The notes beneath the pieces are model-generated. The model did no database searches and had not been told where the DNA came from. It saw only the letters and a program-made list of their open reading frames with translations. Both the position numbers and the translations under genes were made by a program. From Nitrospirota bacterium (lineage in GTDB: Bacteria; Nitrospirota; Nitrospiria; 2-01-FULL-66-17): a DNA stretch of 64,000 nucleotides. The stretch lies in contig JBMOMC010000002.1 in assembly GCA_049325335.1 (NCBI GenBank), positions 352,001-416,000 on the forward strand. Reading direction: 5' to 3'. This document shows, one piece after another, positions 20,328 through 32,000 of the stretch (position 1 is its first letter; each line of letters begins with the position of its first letter).

Positions 20328-21244
20328 TCGTTGCATTGGTGCTGCGCCGGGCGGCGTGGGGGATCGGCGTGCTCTGGCTCGTTGCCACCATCACGTTCGT
20401 CTTGTTGCGCGTGGCGCCCGGCGGGCCGTTCGATTCGGAGAAACAGTTGCCGCCGGAAATCCTTGCCAACGTCGAAGCCAAATATCATCTGGACGAGCCG
20501 CTGTGGCGTCAGTACGCGCGCTACATCGGCGGCCTGGTCCGCGGGGATCTGGGGCCGTCGTTCAAGTACCTTGGGCGCGACGTGGCGACGATTCTGATCG
20601 AGACGTTCCCGGTGTCGTGCGCGTTGGGAGTGGTGGCGCTGGGCATTGCGTTGCTCGTGGGGTTGGCTTTCGGCATCGCGGCGGGAAGTCGCGCGGACGG
20701 GTGCGTGGATCGCGGCGGCATGTTGCTCGCCACCGCGGGCGTGGCGCTGCCGAACTTCGTGCTGGGCGTGGCGCTGGTGCTGGTTGTGTCGCACCGGCTG
20801 CACTGGCTGCCGCCCGCGTTGTGGGAGGGCCCGCGGTACGTCCTGCTCCCGGCATTAACCTTGGGGCTTGGGCCCGCGGCCTACATCGCGCGCTTGACCC
20901 GGGCCAGCTTGCTCGACGTGGCCCGGCAAGATTATGTGCGAACCGCCTATGCCAAGGGGTTGAGCCACCGTGCGGTGCTGTTCACCCATCAACTGCCCAA
21001 CGCCTTGCTGCCGGTGGTGGCCATCGTCGGCCCGTTGACCGCCGCGCTGATCACGGGCTCGTTCGTGGTGGAATATTTGTTCGCCATTCCCGGTATGGGA
21101 CGATTTTTCATCACTGCGGTCACCAACCGCGACTACCCTTTGATCATGGGCGCGACCCTGCTGTATGCGGCGCTGTTAGTGATCGCCAATTTGGTGACGG
21201 ACGTGGCGGCATCACGCCTCGATCCCAGGATTCGCTTGGAATGA
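20324..21244 (+). CDS. oppB: Oligopeptide ABC permease
   Basis: APGGPF, LDEPLWRQY, DYVRTAYAKGL, NRDYPLIMG, DPRIR. Confidence 0.92.
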   Translation: MIVALVLRRAAWGIGVLWLVATITFVLLRVAPGGPFDSEKQLPPEILANVEAKYHLDEPLWRQYARYIGGLVRGDLGPSFKYLGRDVATILIETFPVSCALGVVALGIALLVGLAFGIAAGSRADGCVDRGGMLLATAGVALPNFVLGVALVLVVSHRLHWLPPALWEGPRYVLLPALTLGLGPAAYIARLTRASLLDVARQDYVRTAYAKGLSHRAVLFTHQLPNALLPVVAIVGPLTAALITGSFVVEYLFAIPGMGRFFITAVTNRDYPLIMGATLLYAALLVIANLVTDVAASRLDPRIRLE

Positions 21245-22062
21245 CGGTGCGTCTCATGACCGGGGTGAACGTGATCGTCTTGATCGTGGTCGCGGTCGCT
21301 GCCGTGTTCGCCCCGGCTCTTGTGCCGTTTCCGTACGATGCGCAGGACACCGCGGCCATTTACGCGTCACCGTCGTCCGCGCACTGGATGGGCACCGATC
21401 GCCTTGGCCGCGATCTCTTGTCGCGGATCATCTACGGGACGCGCACGTCGTTGTTGATCGGGCTGGTCTCCGCCGTGATCGCGCTGGCCGTGGGCACGGC
21501 GTACGGCGCGATCTCCGGGTACGCGGGCGGGCGGACCGATCAGGTGATGATGCGGAGCCTGGAGGCATTGTACGCGTTGCCCGACCTGTTGGTCATTATC
21601 CTACTGAGCACGGTCCTGGGACGCGGCATCGTCAGCATGGTCGCGGCGATCAGTCTGGTGGGGTGGATGACCGTGGCGCGCTTGGTGCGGGGCGAAGCGT
21701 TGCGGTTACGCGAGCAGCCGTTCGTGGAAGCGGCGAGGGCGTTGGGAGCGGGCCACGCGAGGATCATCCTGAGGCACCTGCTGCCCCAGACCATGGGCCT
21801 GCTCATTGTCACGCTCACGTTCCGCATCCCGGCCGGCATCTTGGCGGAATCCACGCTGAGCTTCGTGGGCCTCGGCATCGCCCCGCCGCAAGCCAGTTGG
21901 GGCAGCCTGGCCGGCGAGGGCTGGTCCGCGATCAAGTTCTACCCCCACGTGATTTTGTTTCCGAGCCTGGTGATCTTCGTCACCATGCTGGCGTTCAATC
22001 TGCTCGGGGATCGGCTGCAGGACGTCATGGCCCCGGCGAGAAGCCGACGACCGGTCGGGTAG
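21241..22062 (+). CDS. oppC: Oligopeptide ABC permease
   Basis: HWMGTDRLGRD, FVEAARALGA, ESTLSFVGLG, FNLLGD. Confidence 0.92.
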   Translation: MTVRLMTGVNVIVLIVVAVAAVFAPALVPFPYDAQDTAAIYASPSSAHWMGTDRLGRDLLSRIIYGTRTSLLIGLVSAVIALAVGTAYGAISGYAGGRTDQVMMRSLEALYALPDLLVIILLSTVLGRGIVSMVAAISLVGWMTVARLVRGEALRLREQPFVEAARALGAGHARIILRHLLPQTMGLLIVTLTFRIPAGILAESTLSFVGLGIAPPQASWGSLAGEGWSAIKFYPHVILFPSLVIFVTMLAFNLLGDRLQDVMAPARSRRPVG

Positions 22063-22082
22063 GGGCGCCCGGCCGGTCGACC

Positions 22083-23273
22083 TTACGGGGTGATCTTCAG
22101 GATCTCGCCCGCGTAGTCCACCACGTACAATTCCCGTTGCTCGTCCTCGCCAAACGCGGAAATCCGGTGGTCGGTGTCGAGGAGTTTTTGCTGTTCGATC
22201 ACGGTCGCGCCGTCATAGTGTAACGCCCAGATGCGACCCGTTCCGAAGTCGCCGTAGACATAGGCGCCGCAGAGTGCGGGGATGGCGCTCCCGCGGTACA
22301 CGCGGCCGCCGATCACGGTCGTGCCGTCCGATCGGGGGTAGTCGAAGATCGGAAGATCGAATCCTGACTTTTTGCACTTCGGATTCACACCCGGCGTGCA
22401 AATGGCCCCCTCCATCACGTTCCACCCGTAGTTGCCGCCCTTGCGGATCACGTCGATCTCTTCACGCGCGTTCTGGCCCACATCTCCGGCAAAGAGCCGG
22501 CCCGTGGCCGGATCGAACGCGAACCGCCAGGGGTTGCGCAGACCGTACGCCCAGATTTCCGGCGCCGCGCCTTTTCGCTTCACGAATGGATTGTCCGCTG
22601 GAATCCCGTAGGCCGTGGCGTCTCCGCCGTGGTCCACGTCGATGCGAAGGATCTTGCCGAGCAAGGTGGAGAGTTTTTGTCCATTACCGAGCGGGTCGTT
22701 CCCGGATCCGCCGTCTCCCAAGGCGATGTACAACATGCCGTCCGGGCCGAAGGCGACGTCTCCGCCGTTGTGGTTGGCGTAGGGCTGGGGGATCGTCATC
22801 AGGATCCGTTCGATGCGGGGATCGACTTCATCCGGTTTCGCGCCGACCTTGAATTCCGAGATTACGGTGTGCAGGCCGCCCTTGCGCGACGTGTAGTTGA
22901 CGTACAGTCGGCCGGTCTCAACAAAGTTTGGGTGGAACGCGAGCCCCAGGAGTCCCAGCTCGCCGCCCGACGTGACGCGATCGCGAATATCCAAAAACGT
23001 TTTCGATCCGGCCTGGCCCGGCTTGCGAACCTGAATCGTCCCCCGTTGCTCGACGATGAAGACGCGGCCTGTCCCGTCCCCGGCGGATTGGAAACCGACC
23101 GGCGATTTGAATCCGCTCAACGCGGGTGCGAGCCGGACCTCGGGAAACGACGGCGCGGGGTCCGGGGTGGAACAGAATAGCGCGGCGTGGGCCGGAGCCC
23201 ATGCCGTCATCAAGAACGCGATTAACGGAAGGCCGAAGCGGGTGGCCAGGCCGTGGCGGGTTGTGCGAGACAT
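22083..23273 (-). CDS. PQQ-dependent glucose/sorbosone dehydrogenase family protein
   Basis: GLLGLAFHPNF, NHNGG, GDGG, YGLRNPWR, GDVGQ..EE, NYGW; signal peptide. Confidence 0.9.
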   Translation of the reverse strand: MSRTTRHGLATRFGLPLIAFLMTAWAPAHAALFCSTPDPAPSFPEVRLAPALSGFKSPVGFQSAGDGTGRVFIVEQRGTIQVRKPGQAGSKTFLDIRDRVTSGGELGLLGLAFHPNFVETGRLYVNYTSRKGGLHTVISEFKVGAKPDEVDPRIERILMTIPQPYANHNGGDVAFGPDGMLYIALGDGGSGNDPLGNGQKLSTLLGKILRIDVDHGGDATAYGIPADNPFVKRKGAAPEIWAYGLRNPWRFAFDPATGRLFAGDVGQNAREEIDVIRKGGNYGWNVMEGAICTPGVNPKCKKSGFDLPIFDYPRSDGTTVIGGRVYRGSAIPALCGAYVYGDFGTGRIWALHYDGATVIEQQKLLDTDHRISAFGEDEQRELYVVDYAGEILKITP

Positions 23274-23533
23274 GGCGGTTCCTTTCAGGTCGAGTGATAC
23301 GGTGTTTTGTGCCGCCCATCATGGCAGAGTTTCGTGCAGAGGTCCAGTGGGGGGCCGGAACAAATGGCGTTCTGATGGGAACGGACGGGGTGTCGGTGGA
23401 GCCGGAAGCAGGTCCACGTCCGATGCCTGTGACACCGAGGAGAACTCCTGTGGTGAACTCGACGATTGCCCGGGAGATTGCGTAAGATATCTGATCTGTG
23501 GTATCTTGATATCTGTCTTTTGGAGGCAAGCAC

Positions 23534-23749
23534 ATGAAGACGTCCGTCGAGGTTGATGAAAAACTCTTGGGGCGGGTTAGGCGCCTTCTGGGGACCGAAA
23601 CCATTCGAGACACGATTCGCAAAAGCTTTGAGGCGGTGGTCCGACAGAAGGCGCTGGAGGAATCAGCGCGCCTCATGGGGACGATCGACGTGGACCTGAC
23701 TCCCGAGCAAATCCTAGCCCAGCGCCGCGCGCGTCGTGTACCTCATTGA
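23534..23749 (+). CDS. vapB: VapB-family antitoxin
   Basis: MKTSVEVDEKLL RHH-type start; overlaps the downstream PIN gene; SD GGAGG; AAGATA..TATCTT inverted repeat upstream (23484-23507). Confidence 0.8.
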   Translation: MKTSVEVDEKLLGRVRRLLGTETIRDTIRKSFEAVVRQKALEESARLMGTIDVDLTPEQILAQRRARRVPH

Positions 23750-24137
23750 CACCTCTGTGTGGGTCCATGTTCTTCGCCCGCACGGCGATTCCGCGACTCA
23801 AGAGCGCCTTCGGCCACTTCTCATCGGTGGTCAAACCGCGCTGATCGATTGGGTGATCCTTGAACTCATGACCGGTATTCGATCGCGGGAAGATGACGCA
23901 ACTCTCCGCACGTTTCTCGGACCTCTACCAAAACTTCCGGTGGATGAGCGCTGTTGGGAGGCGGCGTTCGACTTGGCCGTTGTGCTCAGAAGACGCGGCG
24001 TCACGCCCTCGGCCGCCGACTGCCTCATTGCGGCTTCCGCCATCAGACACCGCGTTCCCTTGATTCACATGGATGGGGATTTCACGGCGATTGCGCGCCA
24101 CAGCCGTCTCAAGGAATTGAGCTGGATCCGTGGATAG
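23736..24137 (+). CDS. vapC: VapC PIN-domain toxin
   Basis: LIDTSVW, ELMTG, ADCLIAA, HMDGDF acidic PIN residues. Confidence 0.9.
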   Translation: MYLIDTSVWVHVLRPHGDSATQERLRPLLIGGQTALIDWVILELMTGIRSREDDATLRTFLGPLPKLPVDERCWEAAFDLAVVLRRRGVTPSAADCLIAASAIRHRVPLIHMDGDFTAIARHSRLKELSWIRG

Positions 24138-24156
24138 AGATACAGACGGGGCGGAT

Positions 24157-25233
24157 TTACTTGAACTTGGGCGGCGGAATCACCACCACCGGGTCGCTGC
24201 TTAAGGCGCGGATGAAGGCGAGTAGATCCATCTTGTCTTGTTCGGTGAGCAGATCGAGCGGCGTGATCAACGGATGGCGGTGGGCTGGGTGTCCTTCGGC
24301 TTTCACGTAAAAATCCAAGACCTCTTCCAGCGTGGCGAACATGCCGTTGTGCATGTAGGGCGCGCTGTCAGCCACTTGCCGCAGGGACGGGGTGCGGAAC
24401 GTTTCCATGTCGTCGTCATTGAGCGTGACCTTGAATCGGCCCGGGTCGTCCGGGACACCGTCGCGCTTTGGCAGGCCCAAGGCATGGAACTGGTTGTCGG
24501 TGAAATTGGGGCCGTTGTGGCACGTCACGCACTTGGCGCGCTCGTTGAAGATTCGCACGCCGCGTTTGGCTGACTCGGACAATGCCGCGTCATCGCCGGC
24601 CATGAAGCGATCCCACGGGGAGTTGTCCGAGAGAATGGTGCGTTCGAACGCGGTCAGGGCTTGGGCAATGCCGTCCGCGCTGGGGCCGGTGCCGAATACG
24701 GAACGAAACGCCTTCACGTAACCGGGGACCGCATTGAGTTCGGCGACCAGTTGGGAGAGATCCTGGTCCATCTCGATCGGATTTTGAATCGGCTCCAGCG
24801 CCTGTTGTTCGAGCGACGTGGCCCGTCCGTCCCAGAAGAACTGGGTGCGGTACGCGACGTTATAGAGCGACGGCACGTTCCGGGTCCCCAATTGTCCCTT
24901 GACGCCCTTGGCCACGGATTGGCCGTTGGAAAATCCAAGCGCCGGGACGTGGCATGAGGCGCAGGCCAAGGTGTTGTCTTTGGACAGACGCGGGTCGAAG
25001 AACAATGTCTTGCCTAGTTCGATTTTCGCCGGTGTCTGCAAGTTGAACGCCGGAGTCGGCGGCGCGAGCAACGGATACAGGTGGAACGGCGGGCTGGGCA
25101 ACGTGTCGAACAAGGTCTGCGGCGGGTAGGCGTCGGACTTCTTGGGCCGGGCCGCCTCAACGGGCGCGGACGCGAATGTCGCGGCGAGGGTCAGGAGGAA
25201 CAGGGTGATGAATAGTACGACGCGACGTGTCAT
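24157..25233 (-). CDS. Di-heme cytochrome c peroxidase/MauG superfamily protein
   Basis: LFFDPRLS, CASCH, FWDGRA, CVTCH, FTD, TPSLR, APYMHNG; signal peptide. Confidence 0.9.
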   Translation of the reverse strand: MTRRVVLFITLFLLTLAATFASAPVEAARPKKSDAYPPQTLFDTLPSPPFHLYPLLAPPTPAFNLQTPAKIELGKTLFFDPRLSKDNTLACASCHVPALGFSNGQSVAKGVKGQLGTRNVPSLYNVAYRTQFFWDGRATSLEQQALEPIQNPIEMDQDLSQLVAELNAVPGYVKAFRSVFGTGPSADGIAQALTAFERTILSDNSPWDRFMAGDDAALSESAKRGVRIFNERAKCVTCHNGPNFTDNQFHALGLPKRDGVPDDPGRFKVTLNDDDMETFRTPSLRQVADSAPYMHNGMFATLEEVLDFYVKAEGHPAHRHPLITPLDLLTEQDKMDLLAFIRALSSDPVVVIPPPKFK

Positions 25234-25250
25234 GGTGGAAGATGGTCCGG

Positions 25251-26114
25251 CTAATAAATCAGGCGAGCGAGTTTTTCGCGGTACTCCTCCGCGAGTGGAC
25301 TTCTCATGCCGATCACTTCGAAAATTTGAAGCATCAGCTTGCGTGCCGCGTCGTCTTTGAAGTGCCGGTCTTTACCGAGAATCGCGACGTACGCGTCCAG
25401 CGCGTCGCGATAGCGCTGTGCCGCCGCGTACTGGGCGGCCAGTTCGAATCGCGTGTCCAGATCGCCGGGATTCTCGTTGACGGCAGCCTCCAGATCTGCG
25501 ATCGACGGCGCTCCCGCGTTGACTGCCGCCATGTCCATCCTGGCTTTGAGCGCGGTGACCTCGTCCTGCACCTGCACCTGACCCGGTAAACGATCATACG
25601 CGGTCCGGGCCTCGTCCCAGCGCGCCAGGAGCACCAACATCCGGAGTTCGCCGAGTCCGGCGCCGGCGTGTTTTGGGTCCTGGCCCAGGGCATCGCGGTA
25701 CGCGGCCAAGGCGTCGTCCCATCGCTGTTCGCGCTCGAACGTTGCGCCCTGGTCCACCAATTCATCGGCTTTGGTCGGGATCAATCGTTGGAGGAAGGCT
25801 TTGATGGCGGGCTCGGGAAGCGCGCCCACGAACTCGTTGACCACCTTGCCCTTGAAAAAGGCCTTCACATTGGGAATGGTCTGAATCCGGTACCGCTGCG
25901 CCAAGTTCAGATTGCGGTCGGTGTCCACCTTGGCCATGACGACTTTGCCCTGGAAGTCCTCCACCGCGTCTTCGAGGACCGGCCCCAGATACCGGCACGG
26001 CCCGCACCACTCCGCCCAAAAATCCACCACCACGGGGACCGTGTGCGAGCGTGCGATCACCCGCTCCTCAAACGTGGCCTCGTCCGCGTTAAACACCCAT
26101 TCATCATCGGTCAT
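25251..26114 (-). CDS. cnoX: Thioredoxin-TPR chaperedoxin (YbbN/CnoX)
   Basis: VDFWAEWCGPC plus C-terminal TPR ending YREKLARLIY. Confidence 0.88.
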   Translation of the reverse strand: MTDDEWVFNADEATFEERVIARSHTVPVVVDFWAEWCGPCRYLGPVLEDAVEDFQGKVVMAKVDTDRNLNLAQRYRIQTIPNVKAFFKGKVVNEFVGALPEPAIKAFLQRLIPTKADELVDQGATFEREQRWDDALAAYRDALGQDPKHAGAGLGELRMLVLLARWDEARTAYDRLPGQVQVQDEVTALKARMDMAAVNAGAPSIADLEAAVNENPGDLDTRFELAAQYAAAQRYRDALDAYVAILGKDRHFKDDAARKLMLQIFEVIGMRSPLAEEYREKLARLIY

Positions 26115-26190
26115 AAGGCCAGCAGTCTAATTCAGTCGTTCGATCGGTAGCAAGGGAGATTTTTGATCTGGTCTGTGATCCCCGCGAAGC

Positions 26191-26361
26191 GGAGCCTGTT
26201 GAGGAACGCGTCAGACGCCCCCTTCGGGGACTTCCGGCATTTGAATTCTTGGCGGTGGGTCGCAAGGCGGAGCGAGCGCCCGCACCGCAGCGTACTGGGT
26301 CGTACGTGAGAAGCGGACGCGCAGGGACAACGCTGCGTATGACCGTTCATCGACAGGCTCC
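26191..26361 (-). repeat. Structured intergenic repeat, copy B (45-nt insertion)
   Basis: On the minus strand GGAGCCTGT..CTCACGTACGACCCAGTACGCT..CTCGCTCCGCCTTGC..ACAGGCTCC; begins at the copA stop codon. Confidence 0.9.
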
Positions 26362-28724
26362 TACAGCGAGGTGCGGCGGAGGCGGAGGGAGTTGGCAATG
26401 ACCGACACCGAGCTAAAACTCATCGCCGCGCTGGCCCAAATCGGACTGATCAGCGGCCCCCCGAACGGCACCAGCAGCCCGGCCGCCACCGGCACGCCGA
26501 TCGCGTTGTACACGAACGCGAAGAACAGGTTCTGCCGGATCGTACGCATGGTGGCGCGGCTCAAGCCGCGCGCCCGTGCGATCGCGCGTAGGTCGCCTTT
26601 GACCAAGGTGACGCCCGCGCTCTGCATAGCCACGTCCGTGCCCGCGCCCATGGCGATGCCCACGTGCGCTTGGGCCAACGCGGGCGCGTCGTTGATCCCG
26701 TCACCGGCCATGGCTACGATCCGTCCCTCGGCCTGCAACGCTTGAACGATCTCGCGCTTTTGCGCTGGGAGGACTTCCGCGCGCACATCGTCGAGGCCGA
26801 GGGTCGATGCTACGGCCTGCGCGGTGACGCGCGAATCGCCGGTGACCATCACCACGCGCAGTCCGGCGCGGTGCAGGAGCGCAATGGCTTCGGGCGTGGA
26901 CGGTTTGACGGGGTCGGTCACGGACAACAGGCCCGCGGGCCGGCCGTTCATGGCGAGCCACACCACGGTGGCGCCTTTGCGGCGGTGCTCATCGGCCCGG
27001 ACCGCCAGATCGCCGAGCGCGACGCCTTGCCCGTCGAGAAAGGTTTGCGTGCCGAGCGACACGCGCGCGCCGTCGACCACGCCGCTTACGCCTTGGCCAG
27101 TGACGGAGTGAAACTCCTGCGTGTCCGAGAGTCCGAGCTGGCGGGCCTTGGACGCGGCGACGATGGCGGCCGCGAGTGGGTGTTCGCTGGCGCGTTCCAA
27201 GCTCGCGGCCACGCGCAGGATCTGATCGCCGGTAAACCCCGGCGCGGCCTCGATGCCGGTGAGCGCGGGCTTGCCCTCGGTCAATGTGCCGGTCTTGTCC
27301 ACCACCAGCGTGTCCACGCGTTCGAGAATCTCCAACGCCTCCGCGTTCTTGATCAACACGCCGGTCTCCGCGCCGCGGCCCACGCCCACCATCACGGCCA
27401 TGGGCGTGGCCAGGCCGAGCGCGCATGGGCACGCGATGATCAACACGGCCACGGCATTGACCAAGGCCAGAGCCAAGCGGGGTTCCGGGCCCCAGAGCCA
27501 CCAGCCAATGAACGCGAGCGCGCTGACGGCCATCACCAGGGGGACAAAGTAGCCGGACACGGTGTCGGCCACGTGTTGGATCGGCGCGCGGCTGCGCTGC
27601 GCGTCGCTCACCATGCGGACGATCTGGGCCAACAACGTGTCGGCTCCCACGCGGTGTGCTTTCATGATCACGGAGCCGGTGCCGTTGATGGTCCCGCCGA
27701 CCACGGCCGAACCCGCGGTCTTCTCGACCGGGATGGGCTCGCCGGTAATCATCGACTCATCGACCGACGTGCGGCCCTCGACCACCACGCCGTCCACCGG
27801 GACTTTTTCACCGGGCCTGACCCGTAAGACGTCGTCGCGCTGCACCCGTTCGATCGGGACATCTTCTTCGCGGCCGTCGCGTATCAGGCGCGCGGTTTTG
27901 GGGGCAAGGCCCAGGAGCGCGCGGATCGCGGCGCCGGTGCGGCCGCGCGCGCGAAGCTCCAGCACTTGGCCCAGCAGCACCAGGACGGTGATCACCACCG
28001 CACTGTCGAAGTACGGCTCCACCGCGCCGTGCACGCGAAAGCCTTCCGGGAACAGGCCGGGCGCGATCGTGGCTGCCGCGCTGTAACCGTACGCCGCGCC
28101 CACGCCCACCGCGATCAATGTGAACATGTTGAAATTGCGGCTCACCAACGAGGCCCAGCCGCGCTCGAAAAACGGTTTCCCGGACCAGAGCACCACCGGC
28201 GTGGCCAGGAGCAACTGGAACCAGCTCGAGACGCCCATGGGGACGGCGTGGCGCAGGGTTCCGCCGACCAACATATCGGCCATGGCCAGGGCAAATACCG
28301 GGAATCCGACGATTAAGCCGACCCAGAATCTGCGGGTCATGTCGAGCAACTCGGGATTCGGTCCTTCTGTGATCTGTACGGTGCGGGGCTCCAGCGCCAT
28401 GCCGCAGATCGGGCAGGGCCCCGGTTTATCGCTCAGCACCTCGGGGTCCATCGGGCAGATGTATTCGATCTTGGCGCCGGGCGGCGTAATCGGTGCCGGA
28501 GGAGGCTCCGGTCGTTTGACTGTGAGCGGCGCGCCGATCGTCACGAGTTGCGGCTTCCGTGGTGCGAGGTAGCGAGCCGGGTCGGCGGCGAATCGTTCCT
28601 GACAACTCGGGTTACAGAAATAGTAGGTCGTGCCGTCGTGGACGTGCGTACCACCCTTGGGATTGGCGGTCGGTACGGTCATACCACAAATAGGATCAAT
28701 GGCGGTCTGGGAACGTTCAGCCAT
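26361..28724 (-). CDS. copA: Copper-translocating P1B-type ATPase with YHS and heavy-metal binding domains
   Basis: DPICGM..YYFC YHS domain, [43 protein letters not shown]. Confidence 0.93.
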   Translation of the reverse strand: MAERSQTAIDPICGMTVPTANPKGGTHVHDGTTYYFCNPSCQERFAADPARYLAPRKPQLVTIGAPLTVKRPEPPPAPITPPGAKIEYICPMDPEVLSDKPGPCPICGMALEPRTVQITEGPNPELLDMTRRFWVGLIVGFPVFALAMADMLVGGTLRHAVPMGVSSWFQLLLATPVVLWSGKPFFERGWASLVSRNFNMFTLIAVGVGAAYGYSAAATIAPGLFPEGFRVHGAVEPYFDSAVVITVLVLLGQVLELRARGRTGAAIRALLGLAPKTARLIRDGREEDVPIERVQRDDVLRVRPGEKVPVDGVVVEGRTSVDESMITGEPIPVEKTAGSAVVGGTINGTGSVIMKAHRVGADTLLAQIVRMVSDAQRSRAPIQHVADTVSGYFVPLVMAVSALAFIGWWLWGPEPRLALALVNAVAVLIIACPCALGLATPMAVMVGVGRGAETGVLIKNAEALEILERVDTLVVDKTGTLTEGKPALTGIEAAPGFTGDQILRVAASLERASEHPLAAAIVAASKARQLGLSDTQEFHSVTGQGVSGVVDGARVSLGTQTFLDGQGVALGDLAVRADEHRRKGATVVWLAMNGRPAGLLSVTDPVKPSTPEAIALLHRAGLRVVMVTGDSRVTAQAVASTLGLDDVRAEVLPAQKREIVQALQAEGRIVAMAGDGINDAPALAQAHVGIAMGAGTDVAMQSAGVTLVKGDLRAIARARGLSRATMRTIRQNLFFAFVYNAIGVPVAAGLLVPFGGPLISPIWASAAMSFSSVSVIANSLRLRRTSL

Positions 28725-29052
28725 AAGAAGGGCTCCGAATGCTCCGCAGCCTATCGCATCGCCAGAGTCTATTCAAGGCGCGACCTGGGCCGTTGTTACC
28801 AACACTACGAAAGAAAAGGCTTGACCTCTTTGTTAAAAGTGTGCTACGAGTGAGACTCCAACGACACGCTGGTTGTTTCAACTGAGGAGCCGCATGGGCT
28901 CATCTCACGTTCCGGAGTATCGGATTCCTCGCGCGGAGGAACTATCCGCCACGCGAGCCCATCCGTGTCCGTCTTCAAATTTCTCGGTTCCTTCCGCGAC
29001 GCGTGTTACGGTCAAAAATTTTCCTTCCCACGATTCAACTCAGAGGGCGACG

Positions 29053-32000
29053 ATGAAATCACAATGGTGGTGGCGCGCAGCATTGGTCGGGTTGGTGTTG
29101 GTTGTGTTGGGAACAGGCGCGTCAATGCTCGCGCCGTCGGCAGCGCAGGCCGCCTCGTGTGCCGGCGCCACGGCGCCGTGCGCGGAAGACCCCGCGCTCG
29201 ACGCCTGCAATCAGTGCCATAGTATGACGATGACAACCGGGAACCGTAATGGCACCGACCGCCCCATCACGCTCAGCAACGGGTCTGATCGCCACATTTT
29301 AGGGCCGCGGGAACCCGATTTCACGGCGACCGTGGCCGGGATGTTGTCAAAGGGCGCCGCCGGCATCGCGGCACGGATCACCGCGTACCTGAACACAAAT
29401 TATTGCACGACCTGCACCGGGCCGATCCTTTCGAGCGCGTCGTTGTCCAATATCGTGTCGAATGGGGTGACGATAAGCTGGACGACCTCGGCGAATGATT
29501 TTGCCGACTCGATGGCCACGAGCTGCGTCTTGTACGGCACGTCGACGTCGTCGCTCACCGGTAATACGTGCGATACAGGCGACCCCAACTATGATCCGAA
29601 CAGCGCGACGCTGGTCGCCAGCCATCAAGTGACGTTGACGGGGCTGGACTCGTTGACTGAGTATTTTGTCGTGCACCAATCCACCTCGGGCGCACAGACC
29701 ACCAGCTATTCCTTGGCCTCGTCGTTTACCACCCCGCCGCCTGATGGTGGCGGTGGAGGAGACGGCGCCCTGGGGACCATCATTTCGCTCGCGGTTGGGA
29801 ATTATGACGCCGGGACTACGTTGGACTTGGGCATTGGTGTGAGCAGTAAGAATCATGTGATCGCGTACCTCGGCGTCGGGAACGGAACGTTCACCGAAGG
29901 TCAGACGCTGGCGAACGTCGGGACAACCCCGGCGGGAATTACCACCGGCGGGGTGAAGGGCGATTTCAACGAGGACGGGTTGGACGACCTTGCGGTCGTG
30001 AATTTTGCGGACGGGTCCAAGGACGTCAAAGTGTTTCTGGGCACCACGCCGTCAGGCTTTGAAACGGTCGAGGTATCACGCAAGGCGTTTGTGGATCCAC
30101 CTACCAGCGTGGTGACCGGTGACTTTACCGGGGATGGGATATTGGATCTGGCCGTGGCGACGGTGCACACGCCCGCCCCGGCGATGGGTCATGTGTTGAT
30201 TCTGCCCGGCATTGGGGTGGGGGGGAGTGGAACCGGGAGTTTCGGAGACCCGATCTTTACGATCGACGTGCCGATTTCAGTCGGCTTTGCGCCGACCATC
30301 ACGTCGATTACCCCAGGATCGGTGGACTGTCTTGGATTACCGTCCGAGATCACGATTACAGGCAACCTCTTGCTGAATGGCTCGCCCGTGTATTTAGACG
30401 GGACAACTCCCTTGACCGTCATTTCGTACTCCGCGAACGCGTCGATTGTGGCGCGGATTCCAGCAGGAACCTCGGCCGGCACGCATCTGGTGACGGTCCA
30501 GGTCGGCGCTGCCGCGGCGACGGCTTCATTCAGCGTGACGCCCAGAGGCGTGAGTATTTTCAGCGTCACCCCCTCGTCCAAACTCTATGGAGTGGACCCG
30601 TCCGGCGAGGTCATCATTTCCGGGGACGGTTTCACGGTGGGCGGAACCGTGTCGATCGGTCCCTACACCGGGACCACCGTGGCGGGATTGAGTGCGTCCT
30701 CGTCCGTGCCCTTCGTCTTTGTCAACAGCACGACGATTCGAGTGTTCCTGCCCAGTACGCAATTCCCCGTGGGTCAATATAACGTCTATGTGCTCAACCA
30801 AGACGCATGTGGCGGCACCGTGACGTTAAACAACGGCTATACCGTCGCCGCTCCCCAGCCCACCATCAGCGACCTGTCAGACCCAAACGTAACGTATGGC
30901 GTGAGCACCAGCCGATCGATTCGGGTCAACGGCACGGGATTCGTCGTCGGCGCGCAACTGACCGTGGGCGGACTCTCCGGAACCGTGGTGCAAGGAACCC
31001 TTGCCACCGCCGCTCAGCCATTCGTCTTTATTTCGAGTTCAAGCCTGGCGTTTTATTGGGGGAATACCTCATTGCCCGTGGGATCATATGGCGTCACGGT
31101 GACGAATCCAACCGCGGCCGGTGGGTTAAGTACCACGCTGGCCGGCGGGTTCGTGGTCATGGCTCCACAACCGCAGGTATCCTCGGTGTCGATCAGTCCC
31201 GTCACTTACGGGGTGACGCCGAGTCTAGCCGTGATGATCGAGGGGTCCGACTTCCTCCCCGGAGCCGTGATCACGGTGTCAAACTTGACCGGCACTACGG
31301 TCCCGGGGTCGTCGGCCACTGCCGCGGTTCCATTCGTGTTCGTGAGCAGTAGCCGACTGAGTTTCTACTGGGCCAACACGTCGCTGGCTCCGGGAACCTA
31401 TCACGTCCGCGTGGACAATCCTTCGGCCGGTGGGGGGTTGTTCGGCATCCTGACCAATGGGTTTGTCGTGAGCGGCGCCGTGCCACAGTTGTCGTACCTT
31501 ACGCCGGATCCGGTCACCTATGGGGTCAGCGTCAGCTCGCAAGTCACGATTTTCGGATCGGATTTTGTGGTCGGGGCCACGATTACCGTGGGATCAATCA
31601 GCGGCCAGACCGTGAGTGGGACGACCGCAACGTCGTCGGTGCCGTTTGTCTTTGTGTCGAGTGGGGTTCTGAGGTTTTACTGGAACAACACATCGTTGCC
31701 GCCAGGCGCGTACACGGTACAGGTCACGAATCCATCGGCGGCGGGTGGGGGATCTTCCAGCTTGGTAGCCGGCTTTACGGTGATGGCTCCCCAGCCGCAG
31801 ATTATTAATCTCACTCCGGAATCAGTAACCCACTCGATTACCCCAGGAATGTCCATCTCCGTGTTCGGGAGTGACTTCATGGTGGGTTCGACCATTACGG
31901 TCGGAGCGTTGTCCGGAGTGACCGTGGCTGGAAGCGTGGCGACGGCCGCCACACCGTTTGTGTTTACCAGCAGCGGGATCGTGAGATTCTACTGGGCCAA

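Noticed and set aside
18771..22062. oppABC lacking oppD/oppF ATPases
   Set aside because: ATPase genes are often encoded elsewhere and this cannot be judged from one window.
29404..29415. Second heme site (CTTC) in the large secreted protein
   Set aside because: It is followed by Thr, not His, so it is more likely a disulfide. The protein is counted as monoheme, not a multiheme nanowire.
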